Source: Haplodiscus bocki (lineage: Eukaryota). Taken from it: a stretch of DNA of 64,000 nt. The position numbers and the translations under genes are program-made. Below are positions 54,201 through 64,000 of the stretch, in pieces; the first letter of the stretch is position 1; each line of letters starts with the position of its first letter. The notes under the pieces are model-generated. The model did no database searches, was not told the DNA's origin, and saw only the letters and a program-made list of their open reading frames with translations. The stretch spans positions 24,056,001-24,120,000 of the forward strand of contig OZ296659.1 in NCBI GenBank assembly GCA_965655095.1, in the 5' to 3' direction.

Positions 54201-57200
54201 AACGAACAAAGCAAAATCAGAAAGGAAAATCTCTTTCATGTAACAGAACTATCGAAGATCTGACAAACTAACAAAAATTTTTCGGCAACAATAACAAGCT
54301 TGAAAAAAGTTACAGCTGTCAAACTCAGGGGGAATAAAAAGGACGAAAATCCCTGGGTGAACATAGAGGAGGAAAATCAGAAACGTAACAGTCAGAACTA
54401 TGAGAGATGAGAAGGTAAAATCTATTTTACATTTATCGGAACCCAGATTTGAAGATGACAAAAAACTCTACAAACAAGCGGAACTAACAAATCGGCCAAC
54501 ATCCCGTTCGTGGACAACTGGTTCCTGGATACACTTTCTATAACGTAAACACATAGACGGACAAAACGCGAAAGTCACAAGAAGCAAAAAAACAAAGGAT
54601 TAATTATGAGAAAGTACAATTCACCTTTCATGTATCACAACCCAGTGCTAAACAACACATTCATTTCGACAAATGTTCGAACGGCGGATTGCATGCAGGA
54701 CAAAAATGTGAAGCTACCTTTCATGTATCAGCCCCCAGTGCCGAAGATCACGAAGTTCGCAAACTTAGGTTTCATTCAAAAAAACTTACCATTAGTTTGG
54801 AAGAAAAACTTTGAACACACGTTCTACTGAAAAGGGAAAAACAAGTGAACGAACAAAGCAAAATCAGACAGTAAAATCTCTTTCATGTAACAGAACCATC
54901 GAAGATCTGAAAAACTAAAGAACCCTTTTTATCAATAATTACAAGCTTCGAAAAAGTTGCGCTGTCATAATTTGGGGAATAAAAAGGACGAAAATCCCTG
55001 GGTAAACATAGAGGAGGAAAATCAGAAACGTAACAGTCAGAACTATGAGAGATGAGAAGGTAAAATCTATTTTACATTTATCGGAACCCAGATTTGAAGA
55101 TGACAAAAAACTCTACAAACAAGCGGAACTAACAAATCGGCCAACATCCCGTTCGTGGAAAACTGGTTCCTGGATACACTTTCTATAACGTAAACACATA
55201 GACGGACAAAACGCGAAAGTCACAAGAAGCAAAAAAACAAAGGATTAATTATGAGAAAGTACAATTCACCTTTCATGTATCACAACACAGTGCTAAACAC
55301 CACATTCATTTCGACAAATGTTCGAACGGCGGATTGCATGCAGGACAAGAATGTGAAGCTACCTTTCATGTATCAGCCCCCAGTGCCGAAGATCACGAAG
55401 TTCGCAAACTTAGGTTTCATTCAAAAAAACTTACCATTAGTTTGGAAGAAAAACTTTGAACACACGTTCTACTGAAAAGGGAAAAACAGAAGTGAACGAA
55501 CAAAGCAAAATCAGACAGTAAAATCTCTTTCATGTAACAGAACCATCGAAGATCTGAAAAACTAAAGAACCCTTTTTATCAATAATTACAAGCTACGAAA
55601 AAGTTGCGCTGTCATAATTTGGGGAATAAAAAGGACGAAAATCAGAAAAGAACAACCAGGGTTTGATAGATCGAAAAGCAAAAGCTATCCTGCATGTATC
55701 AGAAAATAAATTTGAAGATGACAAATGTTTCTACAATCCAACTGAACAAACAAACCGATCAACGTTTCGATCCTGGAAATCGAGTTGCTGGATAAATTTT
55801 TCTGATACATCGACGACGGAAAAAACTCGAAAATCACGAGAAGCAAATGAACAAAGGATTAGCAGAAGGTAAATTTTATTTTTCATGTATCGGAACCCAG
55901 TGCTGAAGATCACATTCATTTCGACAAATGTTCGGAAAAAAGAGGAAGAAACGGAAAAAAGAGAACGGCGGGATGCATGCAGGACAAGAATGTGAAGCTA
56001 CCTTTCATGTATCAGCCCCCAGTGCCAGACATCACGAAGTTCGACAAACATAGGTTTTATTCAAAAAAATTTCTGATTAGTTTCGAAAAAAACTTGGAAC
56101 ACACGTTCTACTGAAAAGGGAAAAACAGGATAAGTGAACGAACAAAGCAAAATCAGAAAGTAAAATCTCTTTCATGTAACAGAACTATCGAAGATCTGAC
56201 AAACTAACGAAAAATTTTCGGCAACAATAACAAGCTTGAAAAAAGTTACAGCTGTCAAACTCAGGGGCAATAAAAAGGACGAAAATCCCTGGGTGAACAT
56301 AGAGGAGGAAAATCAGAAACGTAACAGTCAGAACTATGAGCGATGAGAAGGTAAAATCTATTTTACATTTATCGGAACCCAGATTTGAAGATGACAAAAA
56401 ACTCTACAAACAAGCGGAACTAACAAATCGGCCAACATCCCGTTCGTGGACAACTGGTTCCTGGATACACTTTCTATAACGTAAACACATAGACGGACAA
56501 AACGCGAAAGTCACAAGAAGCAAAAAAACAAAGGATTAATTATGAGAAAGTACAATTCACCTTTCATGTATCACAACCCAGTGCTAAACAACACATTCAT
56601 TTCGACAAATGTTCGAACGGCGGATTGCATGCAGGACAAGAATGTGAAGCTACCTTTCATGTATCAGCCCCCAGTGCCGAAGATCACGAAGTTCGCAAAC
56701 TTAGGTTTCATTCAAAAAAACTTACCATTAGTTTGGAAGAAAAACTTTGAACACACGTTCTACTGAAAAGGGAAAAACAGAAGTGAACGAAAAAAGCAAA
56801 ATCAGACAGTAAAATCTCTTTCATGTAACAGAACCATCGAAGATCTGAAAAACTAAAGAACCCTTTTTATCAATAATTACAAGCTTCGAAAAAGTTGCGC
56901 TGTCATAATTTGGGGAATAAAAAGGACGAAAATCAGAAAAGAACAACCAGGGTTTGATAGATCGAAAAGCAAAAGCTATCCTACATGTATCAGAAAATAA
57001 ATTTGAAGATGACAAATGTTTCTACAATCCAACTGAACAAACAAACCGATCAACGTTACGATCCTGAACATCTGGTTCCTGGATAATTTTCTGATACGTC
57101 GATGACGGAAAAAATTCGAAAATCACGAGAAGCAAATGAACAAAGGATTAGCAGAAGGTAAATTTTATTTTTCATGTATCGGAACCCAGTGCTGAAGATC

Positions 57201-60200
57201 ACATTCATTTCGACAAATGTTCGGAAAAAAGAGGAAGAAACGGAAAAAAGAGAACGGCGGGATGCATGCAGGACAAGAATGTGAAGCTACCTTTCATGTA
57301 TCAGCCCCCAGTGCCAGACATCACGAAGTTCGACAAACATAGGTTTTATTCAAAAAAATTTCTGATTAGTTTCGAAAAAAACTTGGAACACACGTTCTAC
57401 TGAAAAGGGAAAAACAGGATAAGTGAACGAACAAAGCAAAATCAGAAAGTAAAATCTCTTTCATGTAACAGAACTATCGAAGATCTGACAAACTAACGAA
57501 AAATTTTCGGCAACAATAACAAGCTTGAAAAAAGTTACAGCTGTCAAACTCAGGGGGAATAAAAAGGACGAAAATCCCTGGGTGAACATAGAGGAGGAAA
57601 ATCAGAAACGTAACAGTCAGAACTATGAGCGATGAGAAGGTAAAATCTATTTTACATTTATCGGAACCCAGATTTGAAGATGACAAAAAACTCTACAAAC
57701 AAGCGGAACTAACAAATCGGCCAACATCCCGTTCGTGGACAACTGGTTCCTGGATACACTTTCTATAACGTAAACACATAGACGGACAAAACGCGAAAGT
57801 CACAAGAAGCAAAAAAACAAAGGATTAATTATGAGAAAGTACAATTCACCTTTCATGTATCACAACCCAGTGCTAAACAACACATTCATTTCGACAAATG
57901 TTCGAACGGCGGATTGCATGCAGGACAAGAATGTGAAGCTACCTTTCATGTATCAGCCCCCAGTGCCGAAGATCACGAAGTTCGCAAACTTAGGTTTCAT
58001 TCAAAAAACTTACCATTAGTTTGGAAGAAAAACTTTGAACACACGTTCTACTGAAAAGGGAAAAACAGAAGTGAACGAAAAAAGCAAAATCAGACAGTAA
58101 AATCTCTTTCATGTAACAGAACCATCGAAGATCTGAAAAACTAAAGAACCCTTTTTATCAATAATTACAAGCTTCGAAAAAGTTGCGCTGTAATAATTTG
58201 GGGAATAAAAAGGACGAAAATCAGAAAAGAACAACCAGGGTTTGATAGATCGAAAAGCAAAAGCTATCCTACATGTATCAGAAAATAAATTTGAAGATGA
58301 CAAATGTTTCTACAATCCAACTGAACAAACAAACCGATCAACGTTACGATCCTGAACATCTGGTTCCTGGATAATTTTCTGATACGTCGATGACGGAAAA
58401 AATTCGAAAATCACGAGAAGCAAATGAACAAAGGATTAGCAGAAGGTAAATTTTATTTTTCATGTATCGGAACCCAGTGCTGAAGATCACATTCATTTCG
58501 ACAAATGTTCGGAAAAAGAGGAAGAAACGGAAAAAAGAAAACGGCGGGATGCATGCAGGACAAGAATGTGAAGCTACCTTTCATGTATCAGCCCCCAGTG
58601 CCAGACATCACGAAGTTCGACAAACATAGGTTTTATTCAAAAAAATTTCTGATTAGTTTCGAAAAAAACTTGGAACACACGTTCTACTGAAAAGGGAAAA
58701 ACAGGATAAGTGAACGAACAAAGCGAAATCAGAAAGTAAAATCTCTTTCATGTAACAGAACTATCGAAGATCTGACAAACTAACGAAAAATTTTCGGCAA
58801 CAATAACAAGCTTGAAAAAAGTTACAGCTGTCAAACTCAGGGGGAATAAAAAGGACGAAAATCCCTGGGTGAACATAGAGGAGGAAAATCAGAAACGTAA
58901 CAGTCAGAACTATGAGAGATGAGAAGGTAACATCTATTTTACATTTATCGGAACCCAGATTTGACGATGACAAAAAACTCTACAAACAAGCGGAACTAAC
59001 AAATCGGCCAACATCCCGTTCGTGGACAACTGGTTCCTGGATACACTTTCTATAACGTAAACACATAGACGGACAAAACGCGAAAGTCACAAGAAGCAAA
59101 AAAACAAAGGATTAATTATGAGAAAGTACAATTCACCTTTCATGTATCACAACCCAGTGCTAAACATCACATTCATTTCGACAAATGTTCGAACGGCGGA
59201 TTGCATGCAGGACAAGAATGTGAAGCTACCTTTCATGTATCAGCCCCCAGTGCCGAAGATCACGAAGTTCGCAAACTTAGGTTTCATTCAAAAAAACTTA
59301 CCATTAGTTTGGAAGAAAAACTTTGAACACACGTTCTACTGAAAAGGGAAAAACAGAAGTGAACGAACAAAGCAAAATCAGACAGTAAAATCTCTTTCAT
59401 GTAACAGAACCATCGAAGATCTGGAAAACTAAAGAACCCTTTTTATCAATAATTACAAGCTTCGAAAAAGTTGCGCTGTCATAATTTGGGAAATAGAAAG
59501 GACGAAAATCAGAAAAGAACAACCAGGGTTTGATAGATCGAAAAGCAATAGCTATCCTACATGTATCAGAAAATAAATTTGAAGATGACAAATGTTTCTA
59601 CAATCCAACTGAACAAACAAACCGATCAACGTTACGATCCTGAACATCTGGTTCCTGGATAATTTTCTGATACGTCGATCGATGACGAAAAGATTCGAAA
59701 ATCACGAGAAGCAAATGAACAATGGATTAGCAGAAGGTAAATTTCATTTTTCTTGTATCAGAACCCAGTGTTGAACATCACATGCAGTTCGACAAATGTT
59801 CGAAAAACCAGGAAGAAATGGAAGAAGACAACGGCTGGATGAATGCAGGACACGAATGTGAAGCTACCTTTCATGTATCAGCCCCCAGTGCCGAACATCA
59901 CGAAATTCGACAAACTTAGGTTTCATTCAGAAAAAATTTCTCATCAGTTTCGGAAAAAAACTTGGAACAGACGTTCTACTGAAAAGGGAAAAACAGAAGA
60001 AGAGCGGACAAAGCGAAATCAGAAAGTAAAATCTCTTTCATGTAACAGAACTATCGAAGATCTGACAAACTAACGAAAAATTTTCGGCAACAATAACAAG
60101 CTTGAAAAAAGTTACAGCTGTCAAACTCAGGGGGAATAAAAAGGACGAAAAACCCTGGGTGAACATAGAGGAGGAAAATCTGAAACGTAACAGTCAGAAC

Positions 60201-63200
60201 TATGAGAGATGAGAAGGTAAAATCTATTTTACATTTATCGGAACCCAGATTTGAAGATGACAAAAAACTCTACAAACAAGCGGAACAAACAAATCGGCCA
60301 ACATCCCGTTCGTGGACAACTGGTTCCTGGATACACTTTCTATAACGTAAACACATAGACGGACAGAACGCCAAAGTCACAAGAAGCAAAAGAACAAAGG
60401 ATTAATTATGAGAATGTACAATTCATCTTTCATGTATCACAACCCAGTGCTAAACATCACATTCATATCGACAAATGTTCGAACGGCGGGATGCATGCAG
60501 GACAAGAATGTGAAGCTACCTTTCATGCATCAGCCCCCAGTGCCGGACATCACGAAGTTCGACAAACTTAGGTTTTATGAAAAAAATTTCTCATTATTTT
60601 CGAAAAAAACTTGGAAAACACGTTCTACTGCAAAAGGACAAACAGGATAAGTGAACGAGCAAAGCAAAATCAGAAAGTAAAATCTCTTTCATGTAACAGA
60701 ACTATCGAAGATCTGACAAACTAACGAAAAATTTTCGGCAACAATAACAAGCTTGAAAAAAGTTACAGCTGTCAAACTCAGGGGGAATAAAAAGGACGAA
60801 AATCCCTGGGTGAACATCGAGGAGGAAAATCAGAAACGTAACAGTCAGAAAAATGAGAGATGAGAAGGTAAAATCTATTTTACATTTATCGGAACCCAGA
60901 CTTGAAGATGACAAAAAACTCTACAAACAAGCGGAACTAACAAATCGGCCAACATCCCGTTCGTGGACAACTGGTTCCTGGATACACTTTCTATAACGTA
61001 AACACATAGACGGACAGAACGCCAAAGTCACAAGAAGCAAAAGAACAAAGGATTAATTATGAGAATGTACAATTCATCTTTCATGTATCACAACCCAGTG
61101 CTAAACATCACATTCATATCGACAAATGTTCGAACGGCGGGATGCATGCAGGACAAGAATGTGAAGCTACCTTTCATGCATCAGCCCCCAGTGCCGGACA
61201 TCACGAAGTTCGACAAACTTAGGTTTTATGAAAAAAATTTCTCATTATTTTCGAAAAAAACTTGGAAAACACGTTCTACTGCAAAAGGACAAACAGGATA
61301 AGTGAACGAGCAAAGCAAAATCAGAAAGTAAAATCTCTTTCATGTAACAGAACTATCGAAGATCTGACAAACTAACGAAAAATTTTCGGCAACAATAACA
61401 AGCTTGAAAAAAGTTACAGCTGTCAAACTCAGGGGGAATAAAAAGGACGAAAATCCCTGGGTGAACATCGAGGAGGAAAATCAGAAACGTAACAGTCAGA
61501 AAAATGAGAGATGAGAAGGTAAAATCTATTTTACATTTATCGGAACCCAGACTTGAAGATGACAAAAAACTCTACAAACCAGCGGAACAAACAAATCGGC
61601 CAACATCCCGTTCCTTGACAACTGGTTTCTGGATACACTTTCTATAACGTAAACACATAGACGGACAAAACGCGAAAGTCACAAGAAGCAAAAGAACAAA
61701 GGATTAAATATGAGAATATACAATTCATCTTTCATGTATCACAACCCAGTGCTAAAAATCACATTTATTTCGACAAAGGTTCGAACGGCGGATTGCATGC
61801 AGGACAAGAATGTGAAGCTACCTTTCATGTATCAGCCCCCAGTGCCGAACATCACGAAGTTCGCAAACTTAGGTTTCATTCAAAAAAACTTAATGTTAGT
61901 TTGGGAAAAAAACTTTTAATACACGTTCTACTGAAAAGGGAAAAACAGAAGAAGTGAGCGGACAAAGCAAAATCAGAAAGTAAAATCTCTTTCATGTAAC
62001 AAAACTATCGAAGATCTGACAAACTAAAGAACCCTTTTTGTCAATAATTACAAGCTTCGAAAAAGTTGCGCTGTCATACTTTGGGGACTAAAAAGGACGA
62101 AAATCAGAAAGGAACAACCAGGGGTTTGATAGATCGAAAGGCAAAAGCTATCTTACATGTATCAGAAAGTAAATTTGAAGGTGACAAATGTTTCTACAAT
62201 CCAACTGAACAAACAAACCGATCAACGTTACGATCCTGAACATCTGGTTCCTGGATAATTTTCTGATACGTCGATGACGAAAAATCGAAAATCACGAGAA
62301 GCAAATGAACAATGGATAAGCAGAAGGTAAATTTCATTTTTCATGTATCACAACCCAGTGCTAAACAACACATTCATTTCGACAAATGTTCGAAAAAAGA
62401 GGAAGAAAGGGAAGAAGAGAAAGGCTGGATGAATGCAGGACAAGAATGTGAAGCTACCTTTCATGTATCAGCCCCCAGTGCCGAACATCACGAAATTCGA
62501 CAAACTTAGGTTTCAATCAGAAAAAATTATCATTAGTTTCGAAAAAAATTTGGCACACGCGCTACTGAAAAGGGAAAAACAGGATAAGTGAACGAACAAA
62601 GCAAAATCAGAAAGTAAAATCTCTTTCACGTAACAGAACTATCGAAGATCTGACAAACTAACGAAAAATTTTCGGCAACAATAACAAGCTTGAAAAAAGT
62701 TACAGCTGTCAAACTCAGGGGCAACAAAAAGGACGAAAATCCCTGGATGAACATAGAGGAGGAAAATTAGAAACGTAGCAGTCAGAACTATGAGAGATGA
62801 GAAGGTAAAATCTATTTTACATTTATCGGAACCCAGATTTGAAGATGACAAAAAACTCTACAAACAAGCGGAACAAACAAATCGGCCAACATCCCGTTCG
62901 TGGACAACTGGTTCCTGGATACACTTTCTATAACGTAAACACATAGACGGACAGAACGCCAAAGTCACAAGAAGCAAAAGAACAAAGGATTAATTATGAG
63001 AATGTACAATTCATCTTTCATGTATCACAACCCAGTGCTAAACATCACATTCATATCGACAAATGTTCGAACGGCGGGATGCATGCAGGACAAGAATGTG
63101 AAGCTACCTTTCATGCATCAGCCCCCAGTGCCGAACATCACGAAGTTCGCAAACTTAGGTTTCATTCAAAAAAATTTCTCATCAGTTTCGGAAAAAAACT

Positions 63201-64000
63201 TGGAACAGACGTTCTACTGAAAAGGGAAAAACAGAAGAAGTGAGCGGACAAAGCAAAATCAGAAAGTAAAATCTCTTTCATGTAACAAAACTATCGAAGA
63301 TCTGACAAACTAAAGAACACTTTTTGTCAATAATTACAAGCTTCGAAAAAGTTGCGGTGTCATAGTTTGGGGACTAAAAAGGACGAAAATCAGAAAGGAA
63401 CAACCAGGGGTTTGATAGATCGAAAGGCAAAAACTATCTTACATGTATCAGAAAGTAAATTTGAAGGTGACAAATGTTTCTACAATCCAACTGAACAAAC
63501 AAACCGATCAACGTTACGATCCTGAACATCTGGTTCCTGGATAATTTTCTGATACGTCGATGACGGAAAAAAATCGAAAATCACGAGAAGCAAATGAACA
63601 ATGGATAAGCAGAAGGTAAATTTCATTTTTCATGTATCACAACCCAGTGCTAAACAACACATTCATTTCGACAAATGTTCGAAAAAAGAGGAAGAAAGGG
63701 AAGAAGAGAACGGCTGGATGCATGCAGGACAAGAATGTGAAGCTACCTTTCATGTATCAGCCCCCAGTGCCGGACATCACGAAGTTCGACAAACTTAGGT
63801 TTTATTCAAAAAAATTTCTCATCAGTTTCGGAAAAAACTTGGAACAGACGTTCTACTGAAAAGGGAAAAACAGGATAAGTGAACGAACAAAGCAAAATCA
63901 GAAAGTAAAATCTCTTTCATGTAACAGAACTATCGAAGATCTGACAAACTAAAGAACCCTTTTTATCAAAATTTACAAGCTTCGAAAAAGTTGCGCTGCC
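42270..64000. repeat. Satellite family II: ~34 tandem units of ~636-652 bp in two main variants, L and S (array runs off the right edge)
   Basis: GATCTG(A) and GCAGGACAAGAATGTGAAG recur about every 640-650 bp. Each unit has four boxes, for example cores at 48428, 48619, 48818, 48912 (L, 649 bp) and 49077, 49237, 49423, 49545 (S, 636 bp). Confidence 0.98.
47140..60030. repeat. ~1,285-1,290 bp L+S dimeric higher-order repeat domain of family II
   Basis: L markers lie at 47163, 48453, 49738, 51027, then 52961, 54249, then 56185, 57474, 58761, 60051, with spacings of 1,285-1,290 within runs. S markers (SDTC ORFs) lie in between. The pattern is interrupted twice by an extra chimeric unit. Confidence 0.92.

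Noticed and set aside
60477-60492. CENP-B box (TTCGAACGGCGGG)
   Set aside because: The canonical motif is TTCG-N4-A-N2-CGGG. Here only five bases separate TTCG and CGGG, and the conserved A is missing.
505-63859. All ORFs in the track (60-143 aa) as protein-coding genes
   Set aside because: They recur with the repeat period, often start at non-ATG codons, open and close through A-run indels shared by neighbouring copies, overlap on both strands, and show no domain I recognise. The Lys-rich (+) and Phe/Leu-rich (-) composition simply mirrors the A skew.
1-64000. rDNA spacer, 5S/tRNA/snRNA tandem gene array, telomeric repeat, or LTR/TIR transposon
   Set aside because: I found no recognisable rRNA, tRNA or snRNA sequence, no telomeric motif runs, and no terminal repeats, PBS or transposase/RT coding remnants.
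1-64000. Assignment to a named satellite, organism or centromere
   Set aside because: A ~180 bp monomer is common to many unrelated satellites and I do not recognise this sequence. A database search and CENH3/CENP-A data are required.

Overview
The whole 64 kb is one head-to-tail, A-rich satellite (tandem repeat) region with eukaryote-like architecture. I find no credible protein-coding gene, RNA gene, transposon or CRISPR locus, and I cannot name the organism or the satellite family. There are two related families. Family I (1-~38,080, plus an island at 40,140-~42,270) has a ~1,640-1,652 bp unit. That unit is a 9-mer of ~183 bp monomers arranged as three ~520-580 bp trimers. Family II (~38,080-40,139 and ~42,270-64,000) has a ~636-652 bp unit made of four of the same monomer types. 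It occurs as two variants (L and S) that alternate as a ~1,288 bp dimer. Every monomer in both families carries a conserved box (consensus about TATCAGAAG-GTAAAA-N4-TCTTTCATGTATCAG-AACCCAG), whose core is often a 23-25 nt GT/GC...AG segment. The window captures the boundary between the two families: an in-register homologous switch, a 4,189 bp near-identical duplication spanning it, local higher-order repeats, chimeric units, conversion-like tracts and CpG-deamination variants. All alignments were done by eye, so breakpoints are approximate to a few bases unless stated.
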